DNA of 12,983 nucleotides from an uncultured Clostridium sp. (GCA_947088765.1 CAMUHU010000049.1:1-12983); one strand, 5' to 3'. Numbered from the stretch's first letter, positions 1 to 6,382 are shown. Translations and numbers: made by a program. Notes: a model not told the origin generated them from the sequence alone.

Positions 1-99
1 ATTAAATATTGCAAATATTATACAAAGCATTATTACTACTAATAATATAATGTTTTTAATTTTTCTATATGATTTTGTTTGTTGATTATTTTTATTCAT
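1..99 (-). CDS. Partial ORF, 5' end only, running off the left edge. Basic N-terminus followed by a hydrophobic helix (MNKNNQQTKSYRKIKNIILLVVIMLCIIFAIFN...). Putative small membrane protein of the element.
   Basis: ATG at 99..97 (minus strand) with AGGAA 6 nt upstream. A good sigmaA-type promoter lies at 165-193 on the same strand. The frame stays open to the window edge. It is too short to appear in the ORF track. Confidence 0.4.
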   Translation of the reverse strand, partial: MNKNNQQTKSYRKIKNIILLVVIMLCIIFAIFN

Positions 100-164
100 A
101 TCTCATTCCTTATAAATATATTTTTGCAGTAAATCACCTATATGTTTATTTACTATTTGTATTT

Positions 165-193
165 ATTGTATCACTTAATATAAAATTATTCAA
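165..193 (-). promoter_or_regulatory. SigmaA-type promoter TTGAAT-N17-TACAAT with an extended -10 (TGa), reading leftward.
   Basis: The minus strand reads TTGAAT (193..188), a 17-nt spacer ending in TGA, then TACAAT (170..165). It lies about 60 nt upstream of the ATG at 99. Confidence 0.45.
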
Positions 194-351
194 TTAGCAA
201 AAATGATAACCTTATGGAGGCGATAAATTTTTTATTTTTCCTTTCCTCAATTTTACTTTTTATGTTTGGGTAAAAATTAATATATATTATAAAATACCTA
301 GATAGGTATGTTTATTAAAAACTTAATATAAAAAAACAAAGTTAATAATTT

Positions 352-367
352 AAAAGGCTTGCCTTTT
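352..367. terminator. Short hairpin AAAAGGC-tt-GCCTTTT flanked by A/T runs on both sides; possible bidirectional terminator.
   Basis: Perfect 7-nt arms read directly from the sequence, followed by TTTTATTTG. No adjacent gene can be assigned. Confidence 0.3.
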
Positions 368-501
368 ATTTGTTAAAGGTGTTATGTATTAACACTTTCC
401 TGCGTAAAATATAAAATCAAAAAATCTGAAATAGTACATTTCAAAAATATTTCAAAACGATTTCATTGTTTTAAGCTATTAAGCATTTATAATAATAGTA
501 T

Positions 502-531
502 AGAAGAAAGCACGTTTTCTTCTATTTTTTT
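502..531 (+). terminator. Hairpin AGAAGAAA-gcacgt-TTTCTTCT followed by A+T7. Either an intrinsic-terminator-like element or a 5' stem of the downstream transcript.
   Basis: 8-bp stem at 502-509/516-523 and a T-run at 525-531. A weak TTGTTT-N15-TATAAT (467-493) lies just upstream, so the role is ambiguous. Confidence 0.35.
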
Positions 532-565
532 ATTCACTTAATATACATTTAAAGAGGCGATTTAT

Positions 566-709
566 ATGTTAGTAGAAGAATACATATTAGGCAATACTAA
601 GATAAAATTTTATGATGATTATATAGTAAAAGATGTTGCTACTCAAAAAGAATATATAGATAATATTATCATTAATTTAATAAGAAAAATAAATCCTTCT
701 TTGTTGTAA
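566..709 (+). CDS. 47-aa hypothetical protein (MLVEEYILGNTKIKFYDDYIVKDVATQKEYIDNIIINLIRKINPSLL) just upstream of the recombinase gene.
   Basis: ATG at 566 with AGAGG 8 nt upstream (553-557); TAA at 707-709. Same strand as the recombinase, 158 nt upstream of it. No family was recognised with confidence. Confidence 0.45.
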   Translation: MLVEEYILGNTKIKFYDDYIVKDVATQKEYIDNIIINLIRKINPSLL

Positions 710-758
710 TTTGTTGCAATTACAGATATAATTTATATCATAGTTAAAGGCAGTGCAA

Positions 759-814
759 GATACTTATGCGTTTTCAAGGATACAAAATGCTAAAGCATTT
801 TGCATAAGATATCC
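759..814. promoter_or_regulatory. Nested inverted repeats in the recombinase leader: a perfect 20-bp palindrome CAAAATGCTaaAGCATTTTG (783-802) inside an outer GATAcTTATGC / GCATAAGATATC pair.
   Basis: Arms 783-791/794-802 are exact complements. The outer arms 759-769 and 802-813 match with one indel. GGATA (778-782) can alternatively pair with TATCC (810-814). The element ends 45 nt before the recombinase RBS. Confidence 0.35.
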
Positions 815-867
815 GTAAGGTCACTTTGTTCCCAACGGCTATCTTAATTACAAGGAAAGGAGGAAAT

Positions 868-2427
868 GTGCAAGATGGCACATATGCAATATATTTAAGA
901 AAATCAAGAGAAGATATCGAATCTGAAAAATATGGAGAAGGCGAAACTTTAGCAAGACATGAGAAAATATTAACTACTTTAGCTGAGAAGCGAAACCTAC
1001 ATATTTCAAAAATCTATAGAGAAGTTGTAAGTGGAGAAACAATTAGTGAAAGAAAAGAAATGCAAAAACTTCTTAAAGATGTAGAAAATGAAAAATGGAC
1101 TGGCGTTTTAGTTGTTGAAGTAGAAAGACTTGCTCGTGGTGATACTGCTGACCAAGGAAGAGTTTCCAAAGCTTTTAAATATTCTCATACAAAAATAATT
1201 ACACCTGTTAAAACTTATGACCCAGATAATGAATTTGATGAAGAATACTTTGAGTTTGGTTTATTTATGTCTAGGAGAGAATATAAGACAATTAATAGGC
1301 GTTTACAAAGAGGTAGAGAAATTTCTGTTTCTGAAGGTAAATTTGTTGGAAATATTGCTCCTTTTGGATATGATAGAGTAAAGTTAAAAGATTCAAAAGG
1401 ATATACTTTATCTATAAATCAAGTTGAAGCACCTATTGTGAAAGAAATTTTTAGACTATATACTTTTGAAAGTAATACAATAGGTTCTGTTGTAGCACAA
1501 TTGAATAATATGAATTTAAAACCTAGAATTTCTGATGAATGGACTATTTCTTCTGTAAAAGATATTCTTTCTAATCCAACCTATATTGGTAAAATTATTT
1601 GGAATAGAAGGAAACAGAAAAAGAAAACGAAAAATGGACATCTTATCATTAGTAGACCTCGTAATCAAGATTATTTAATTTATGATGGATTACATGAGCC
1701 TATTATTGATAATAAAACTTGGGATTTAGTACAAGAAAAACGAAAGCAAAATACACCAAAAGTAAAACATAGTAGTATTATTCAAAATCCTTTAGTTGGC
1801 TTAGTATTTTGCGAAAAATGTGGCAAACCTATGCAAAGAAGACCTTATACAAAAGCTAGTAAACATGCAACTCTTATATGTTCTAATTCAAAATGTGATA
1901 ATGTAAGTTCTAAACTTTATATAGTAGAAAATAAAATAATTGAAGCTTTAAAAATATGGCTTGAAAATTATAAAGTAGATTATCAAATTAATGATAATTC
2001 AAATGCTGAAAATAATAAGTTAATTGAAAAATCTATTGTTACTACTAAGAAAGAATTAGAAAAGGAAAATGCCAAACTTGATAAAATATATAATTTTTTA
2101 GAAAATGGAATTTATAGCAAAGATGAGTTTATCAATCGTTCAAAAGCTATAAAAGAAAATATTCAAAATTTAGAAAGCAAATTAAATGAATATAGTGAAC
2201 TGTTAAATAAAAACAACGAAATGCAAAATCAAAAAGAAATACTGATACCTAAATTAGAGAATATTATAGATTTATATTATAAACTAGAGCTTGCTGAAGA
2301 TAAAAATGTTTTATTAAAAAGTATTATTGCTAAAGTTACATATTTAAAAATAGACAAAAATCTAAAAAAGGATTCGGATCCAACAAATTTTGAATTGCAT
2401 ATATATCCTAAAATATCTAAAATGTAA
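868..2427 (+). CDS. Large serine recombinase: resolvase-type catalytic domain, recombinase domain, zinc ribbon and coiled coil.
   Basis: N-terminal YAIYLRKSRED carries the Ser nucleophile context, followed by VLVVEVERLARGD and the FDEEYFEFGLFMSRREYKTINRRLQRGR block. PFGYDR marks the recombinase domain. The zinc ribbon is CEKCG...CSNSKCDN, and the tail is K/E/N-rich coiled coil. The preferred start is GTG 868, 4 nt after GGAGG at 859-863; the track's TTG at 826 has no RBS. Confidence 0.9.
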   Translation: MQDGTYAIYLRKSREDIESEKYGEGETLARHEKILTTLAEKRNLHISKIYREVVSGETISERKEMQKLLKDVENEKWTGVLVVEVERLARGDTADQGRVSKAFKYSHTKIITPVKTYDPDNEFDEEYFEFGLFMSRREYKTINRRLQRGREISVSEGKFVGNIAPFGYDRVKLKDSKGYTLSINQVEAPIVKEIFRLYTFESNTIGSVVAQLNNMNLKPRISDEWTISSVKDILSNPTYIGKIIWNRRKQKKKTKNGHLIISRPRNQDYLIYDGLHEPIIDNKTWDLVQEKRKQNTPKVKHSSIIQNPLVGLVFCEKCGKPMQRRPYTKASKHATLICSNSKCDNVSSKLYIVENKIIEALKIWLENYKVDYQINDNSNAENNKLIEKSIVTTKKELEKENAKLDKIYNFLENGIYSKDEFINRSKAIKENIQNLESKLNEYSELLNKNNEMQNQKEILIPKLENIIDLYYKLELAEDKNVLLKSIIAKVTYLKIDKNLKKDSDPTNFELHIYPKISKM

Positions 2428-2532
2428 TATTAATTTTAGCATGTTTCTGTAAGACGGACCACCAATTAATTGTAAACATAAAGTCGAAAAAACCAAAGAA
2501 ATTAAAAGTTTTACGACCTTAGAAGGAAAAAC

Positions 2533-2561
2533 TTGAAAAAATATTCGATGTGTGATACAAT
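2533..2561 (+). promoter_or_regulatory. SigmaA-type promoter TTGAAA-N17-TACAAT with an extended -10 (TGa), serving the ATPase gene.
   Basis: TTGAAA at 2533-2538, a 17-nt spacer ending in TGA, and TACAAT at 2556-2561. It lies 32 nt upstream of the ATG at 2593. Confidence 0.55.
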
Positions 2562-2592
2562 ATAATAAATTAACATGTAGGAGGAAAGAATA

Positions 2593-3801
2593 ATGATAAA
2601 ACGTGAAATGTACCTAAAAAAGATAAGAGATTCATATGATAGTGAATTGATAAAAGTAATTATTGGTGTTAGACGTTCAGGAAAATCAGTATTAATGAAG
2701 CAAATAATAGAAGAATTAAGACAAAAAGGAATAAAAGCAGATCATATAATATATATGAATTTTGAAGATTATGATTATATAGATTTTACAGAACCAAAGA
2801 AATTCAATATGTATGTAAAAGAAAAAATAAAAGATGAGGAAAAATATTATTTGCTTTTTGATGAAATTCAAAATGTTAATGAATTTGAAAAGGTTATTAA
2901 TTCTTTCAGAGCAACTTTAAATGTTAGTATATTTATAACAGGATCAAATAGTAAATTATTATCAGGTGAACTAGCAACACATTTAGCTGGAAGATATATA
3001 AGTATTAAAATGATGCCATTTACATTTAAAGAATATTTAGAACTAAAGAAAGAGAAAAAAGAGGAAATAAATATAGATAAATCTTTTTTAGAATATATAG
3101 AATGGGGATGTATGCCACAAATTTTTAATACAGATAGTTCAGAAGAAAGAAAATTATACCTAAAAGATTTATATAATAGTGCAATATTAAAAGATATTAT
3201 AGAAAGAAATAAAGTTAAAGATATAAATTTATTAAATAGAGTAATTCAATTTATTATGGAAAATATTGGTGGAATAATATCTTCTAATTCAATTACTTCA
3301 TATTTAAAAAATGAGAGAATACAAACAACACCAGATACAATTTTAAATTATGTAGAATATATAACGAATTCTCTAATTGTTAATAAAGTAAATAGATATG
3401 ATATTAGAGGAAAAAATGTTATGGCGACATTAGAAAAATATTATTTAACAGATTTAGGGCTATTGCAGTTAAAAAAGTCTCCGATCGAGAAAAAAATTGG
3501 TGGCAGATTAGAAAATATTGTATACAATGAATTAATTGCAAGAGGATATGATGTGTATATAGGAAAAACTGATAAAGGAGAAATTGATTTTGTAATAGAT
3601 GACTTTGGAGAAAGAAAATATATACAAGTAACAGATTATTTATCAAGTGATGAAGTTATGCAAAGGGAATTTGGAGCATACAAATTTGTTGATGATAATT
3701 ATCCAAAATATGTTCTCTCAATGGATAAAATTAATTATAGCCAAAATGGAATTATTCATATGAATATAATAGATTTTTTATTAGAAGAAGTAAATATATA
3801 A
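2593..3801 (+). CDS. AAA-family ATPase with a C-terminal DUF4143 (nuclease-fold-like) domain (COG1373-type ATP-binding protein).
   Basis: Walker A GVRRSGKS and Walker B-like YLLFDEIQ. The C-terminal GEIDFVIDD...KYIQVTD...REFGAYKFVDDNYPKYVLS pattern is typical of this family. A strong RBS (TAGGAGGA) lies upstream. Confidence 0.85.
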   Translation: MIKREMYLKKIRDSYDSELIKVIIGVRRSGKSVLMKQIIEELRQKGIKADHIIYMNFEDYDYIDFTEPKKFNMYVKEKIKDEEKYYLLFDEIQNVNEFEKVINSFRATLNVSIFITGSNSKLLSGELATHLAGRYISIKMMPFTFKEYLELKKEKKEEINIDKSFLEYIEWGCMPQIFNTDSSEERKLYLKDLYNSAILKDIIERNKVKDINLLNRVIQFIMENIGGIISSNSITSYLKNERIQTTPDTILNYVEYITNSLIVNKVNRYDIRGKNVMATLEKYYLTDLGLLQLKKSPIEKKIGGRLENIVYNELIARGYDVYIGKTDKGEIDFVIDDFGERKYIQVTDYLSSDEVMQREFGAYKFVDDNYPKYVLSMDKINYSQNGIIHMNIIDFLLEEVNI

Positions 3802-3842
3802 GTCAATAGTTAAAGCTGTAATCACTGTCTTTAGCTATTGAC
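3802..3842. terminator. Hairpin GTCAATAGTTAAAG-(13 nt)-CTTTAGCTATTGAC between the ATPase stop codon and the element junction.
   Basis: 14-bp stem with one T:G pair. There is no clear T-tract. The stop codon of the truncated cotJC (3835-3837) lies in the right arm. Confidence 0.4.
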
Positions 3843-4053
3843 AACATAATGGTACACATTCTTCTGTACCAATATCATTTAATATAGCTTTAGCATTTTG
3901 ATCTGGCATTCCAAATCTTTGACTCAAATATCTTAAAGAGGCAGCAAGTTCTCCATCTGGTCCGCCATATTGAGAAATTATCACTTTAGCTAATCTTGGG
4001 TCAGGTGTTTTTATATTTATTGGATATTGTAAAATCTTTTTATAATCCCACAT
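3835..4053 (-). pseudogene. cotJC: cotJC 5' segment (Mn-catalase-family spore coat protein): 65 conserved codons, then 7 unrelated codons and a stop. The gene is split or truncated.
   Basis: MWDYKKILQYPINIKTPDPRLAKVIISQYGGPDGELAASLRYLSQRFGMPDQNAKAILNDIGTEE matches the CotJC N-terminus. The family (about 189 aa in B. subtilis) continues with [LF][AG]HLE, but here it reads CVPLCCQ*. The true ATG is at 4053, 2 nt after the cotJB stop; the track's start at 4083 overlaps cotJB. Confidence 0.85.
3851..3870. repeat. Perfect dyad GGTACA-cattcttc-TGTACC spanning the element/cotJC breakpoint; candidate hybrid attachment site.
   Basis: The right arm encodes Gly62-Thr63 of CotJC and the left arm is element DNA. 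The dyad centre (3860|3861) is within 2 nt of the last conserved CotJC base (3859). Confidence 0.5.
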
Positions 4054-4055
4054 AA

Positions 4056-4376
4056 TTACATAATCCCCCTTTCCCAAGGCCATGGTTCTTCAAGCCATCT
4101 CCATTTTTTACATGGATAATTGGCAGTTAATGGACCATAAACTCTTTGATATTCAGTTTCTAGTTCTCTTAATGTTCTTGAATAATTATTATGCAAACAT
4201 AGAGCCTTAGAGTCATCTGGATGAGTATCTAAATATAAATTTAATTCATCTAAAGCAAAAGAATATTCTTTTATTTGCATTAGCATTTCTCTTCTAGTTT
4301 TATCACAGTCATTTTCATGACAATCACAACAACAATTTCTTTCTTCTACATTGTTTTCACAACATTCGTTATTCAT
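4056..4376 (-). CDS. cotJB: Spore coat protein CotJB with a Cys-rich N-terminal extension.
   Basis: LMQIKEYSFALDELNLYLDTHPDDSKALCLHNNYSRTLRELETEYQRVYGPLT is the CotJB signature. The start overlaps the cotJA stop (ATGA), indicating an operon. Confidence 0.85.
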   Translation of the reverse strand: MNNECCENNVEERNCCCDCHENDCDKTRREMLMQIKEYSFALDELNLYLDTHPDDSKALCLHNNYSRTLRELETEYQRVYGPLTANYPCKKWRWLEEPWPWERGIM

Positions 4377-4738
4377 CCATTACACCCCTCTCCAATATCG
4401 TTAGTATCTTTAATAAAGTTTATAAAATCAATTGATTGACAAGGATAATATGGGTCAACCAATTCAGGGAATATTGTTCCTTTTTTTAATCCAACACAAG
4501 GTACAAAAGTTTTATCCATATGTTGAATAGGAACATAACTTTGAGCAAACATTGGGTTATATGGGAATATATCTCCACAACAGTTATCATCGTCATATCC
4601 ACAACCACAATCATCATTATCTTTGCAACAACAATTGTTTGAAACATCATTACATATTGTTTCATAATCACAAGAATTGTTATTATCCATATTATTCATA
4701 GGACAACAGCAATTACGTCTACATCTACGAGTGAACAC
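4373..4738 (-). CDS. cotJA: Spore coat-associated protein CotJA with a long Cys/Asp/Asn-rich N-terminal extension.
   Basis: The C-terminal AQSYVPIQHMDKTFVPCVGLKKGTIFPELVDPYYP matches the CotJA motif (YVPxQ...GTxFPEL..PY). GTG start at 4738, 6 nt after GGAGGA. Confidence 0.8.
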   Translation of the reverse strand: MFTRRCRRNCCCPMNNMDNNNSCDYETICNDVSNNCCCKDNDDCGCGYDDDNCCGDIFPYNPMFAQSYVPIQHMDKTFVPCVGLKKGTIFPELVDPYYPCQSIDFINFIKDTNDIGEGCNG

Positions 4739-4857
4739 TATTATTTCCTCCTTATAAGTTTTTATGATATAGGAAGCTAATTCCTTTAATTATCATTATT
4801 ATAAAATATGCAAAATTATCGAAAAATGTTAAAAAATAGAGAAAGGAATGATTTAAA

Positions 4858-5517
4858 ATAGAAATTTTAGATTTTTTATTAGAATTAATATATCCAAATG
4901 TATGTGGAATTTGTGAAGAAATAGATAAAAATAGTTTGTGCGAAAATTGTAAATCACAAATAGATAAAATTACTATTTCGAAAATTAATAATTATGAAAA
5001 CAAAACAGATAAATTTTTTAATAAACATGGATATATATTTAAATATGAAGGTCAGATTCGAAAATTATTAATAGATTATAAATTTAATGATAAGCCATAT
5101 CTATATAAAACATTTGCAAGTATTATTCTAAGTAATAAAAAAATGGTTGATTTTATAAACAATTATGAAATAATTATTCCTGTACCTATACATAAGAAAA
5201 GACTTAATCATAGGGGATATAATCAAAGTGAATTATTAGCAAAAGAAATAAGTAGAAAATTAAGAAATATTCAATTTTTGAATAAATTATTAATTAAAAC
5301 AGAAAATAATGTTGCACAAAGTACTTTAACTAAAGAAGATAGAGTTTTAAATGTTAAAAATATTTATAAAGTTCAAAATAGTAATTTAATTAAAGAAAAA
5401 ACTATTCTTTTATTAGATGACATATATACTACTGGAAACACAGTAAATGAATGCTCAAGGCTTTTAAAGGAAAATGGGGCACGAGAAATAGGAATTTTTA
5501 CTATTTCAAAAGATTAA
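4858..5517 (+). CDS. comFC: ComF family protein (ComFC-type phosphoribosyltransferase-fold competence protein); start codon uncertain.
   Basis: PRTase motif ILLLDDIYTTGNT. The N-terminal double CxxC (CGIC...CENC) begins upstream of the track's TTG at 4936. The frame is open from 4852 but holds only ATA (4858) and ATT (4864) as possible starts. Confidence 0.8.
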   Translation: MEILDFLLELIYPNVCGICEEIDKNSLCENCKSQIDKITISKINNYENKTDKFFNKHGYIFKYEGQIRKLLIDYKFNDKPYLYKTFASIILSNKKMVDFINNYEIIIPVPIHKKRLNHRGYNQSELLAKEISRKLRNIQFLNKLLIKTENNVAQSTLTKEDRVLNVKNIYKVQNSNLIKEKTILLLDDIYTTGNTVNECSRLLKENGAREIGIFTISKD

Positions 5518-5537
5518 AAATTATATTTAAATAAAAT

Positions 5538-5566
5538 GCATAAAATTTTCCTCAAGTGTAATAATA
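5538..5566 (+). promoter_or_regulatory. Possible forespore (sigmaG/F-type) promoter GCATA-N17-AATAATA upstream of spoVT.
   Basis: Resembles GHATR-N17/18-CATxxTA, and spoVT is sigmaG-dependent in B. subtilis. The match is weak in AT-rich DNA. Confidence 0.25.
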
Positions 5567-5683
5567 AGTTTATAAAAACAAAATTTATTTCTACATAAAT
5601 TGCATTTTTATATAAATGTAGTTTACTAGAAACTAAAAGGAAATATAAACCTAAAATAATTAACTTAAAGGAGGAAAAGCGAA

Positions 5684-6238
5684 ATGAAAGCAACTGGAGT
5701 AGTAAGAAGAATAGATGATTTGGGAAGAATTGTAATTCCAAAGGAAATAAGAAGAGTACTTCATATAAAAGAGGGAGATCCATTAGAAATTTTTACAGAT
5801 AGAGAAGGTGGAGTTATCTTAAAAAAATATTCTCCTATTGGAGAACTTTCAGAGTTTGCTTCTGGATATACAGAGACATTATCAAAGACAACAGGACATA
5901 TTGCTTGTATTACAGATAAAGATACAGTTATTGCTGTTTCAGGAGGACCTAAAAAGGAGTTTTTAGAACAAAATTTATCTTCTGAATTAGAACAATTATT
6001 AGAAGATAAAGAAGTTTATACAAGTAGTGAGAATAACGAAATATCAATACCAATAACTCAAAATGATAATAAAGATAGAAAGTTTAATTCTCAAGTAGTA
6101 TATCCTATAATTTCTCAAGGAGATGTTATTGGAAGTGTAATTTTAATGTCTAAAGATGCTCAAACAAAAATGGGTGATACAGAATATAAATTAGTCCAAT
6201 CAGCAGCAGGATTTTTAGGAAATCAAATGGAAATATAA
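5684..6238 (+). CDS. spoVT: Stage V sporulation protein T (AbrB-family transcriptional regulator with a GAF-like C-terminal domain).
   Basis: MKATGVVRRIDDLGRIVIPKEIRRVLHIKEGDPLEIFTDREGGVILKKYSPIGEL is nearly identical in pattern to the B. subtilis SpoVT N-terminus. Length is similar (184 aa) and the RBS is AAAGGAGG. Confidence 0.92.
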   Translation: MKATGVVRRIDDLGRIVIPKEIRRVLHIKEGDPLEIFTDREGGVILKKYSPIGELSEFASGYTETLSKTTGHIACITDKDTVIAVSGGPKKEFLEQNLSSELEQLLEDKEVYTSSENNEISIPITQNDNKDRKFNSQVVYPIISQGDVIGSVILMSKDAQTKMGDTEYKLVQSAAGFLGNQMEI

Positions 6239-6246
6239 AAGGTGAT

Positions 6247-6278
6247 AAGGCTTATGTACAAGAATGTGCATAAGCCTT
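6247..6278 (+). terminator. Stem-loop AAGGCTTATGTACA-agaa-TGTGCATAAGCCTT downstream of spoVT.
   Basis: About 14 bp of pairing including one G:U, starting 9 nt after the stop codon. The T-tract is only moderate (TAATGTGATTTT). Confidence 0.5.
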
Positions 6279-6321
6279 TAATGTGATTTTATAAAAAATC
6301 AACTTTTTTATAATAATATAA

Positions 6322-6350
6322 TTGAAATTTATTAAATTATATTATATAAT
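6322..6350 (+). promoter_or_regulatory. Consensus-like sigmaA promoter TTGAAA-N17-TATAAT for the AlaRS/HIT genes.
   Basis: TTGAAA at 6322-6327, a 17-nt spacer, and TATAAT at 6345-6350. It lies 33 nt upstream of the ATG at 6383. Confidence 0.55.
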
Positions 6351-6382
6351 TTAATTAGTATGTATAAAAAAGAAGGTAGATT

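Larger units (their letters stand above)
1..3860. mobile_element. Right-hand end of an integrated element (serine-recombinase type) inserted in cotJC. The left boundary is outside the window.
   Basis: CotJC homology ends abruptly at 3859. Everything to the left is recombinase, ATPase and orphan DNA, convergent with the cotJ operon. Confidence 0.55.

Noticed and set aside
826-867. The ORF-track start (TTG 826) for the recombinase, which adds 14 N-terminal residues (MFPTAILITRKGGN).
   Set aside because: No RBS precedes 826. GGAGG at 859-863 sits 4 nt before the in-frame GTG at 868, and the conserved resolvase N-terminus begins right after 868.
3419-3646. 75-aa minus-strand ORF inside the ATPase gene.
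   Set aside because: It is antisense to a well-supported gene and has Leu/Phe/Ile-rich composition typical of spurious frames in AT-rich DNA. No RBS.
2593-3801. The DUF4143 AAA ATPase as a stand-alone anti-phage defence gene carried by the element.
   Set aside because: This family is very widespread as solitary genes with no established defence role that I can name. There is no partner nuclease or effector gene nearby. It is treated as cargo of unknown function.
4054-4083. The ORF-track start (4083) for the cotJC fragment (MALGKGDYVI...).
   Set aside because: It overlaps the cotJB 3' end. Conserved CotJC proteins start at MW.Y.KK, which corresponds to ATG 4053, 2 nt after the cotJB stop.
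4486-4671. 61-aa minus-strand ORF overlapping cotJA in another frame.
   Set aside because: It lies wholly inside cotJA and has an implausible Met/Val/Ile-rich sequence. The cotJA frame carries the conserved motif.
4739-4850. SigmaE or sigmaK promoter for the cotJ operon (minus-strand GCATATT as a -35 and CATAAAAA as a -10-like element).
   Set aside because: The two elements are not at a compatible spacing, and in DNA this AT-rich such partial matches are expected by chance. No call can be made without transcript mapping.
5514-5783. 89-aa minus-strand ORF spanning the comFC-spoVT intergenic region and the spoVT 5' end.
   Set aside because: It is antisense to the spoVT start and promoter region and has low-complexity Leu/Phe content. 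No RBS.
6239-6382. Possible T-box leader upstream of the AlaRS gene.
   Set aside because: Only about 145 nt are available, and a terminator hairpin and a promoter occupy them. No specifier-loop/antiterminator architecture or conserved T-box sequence is visible.
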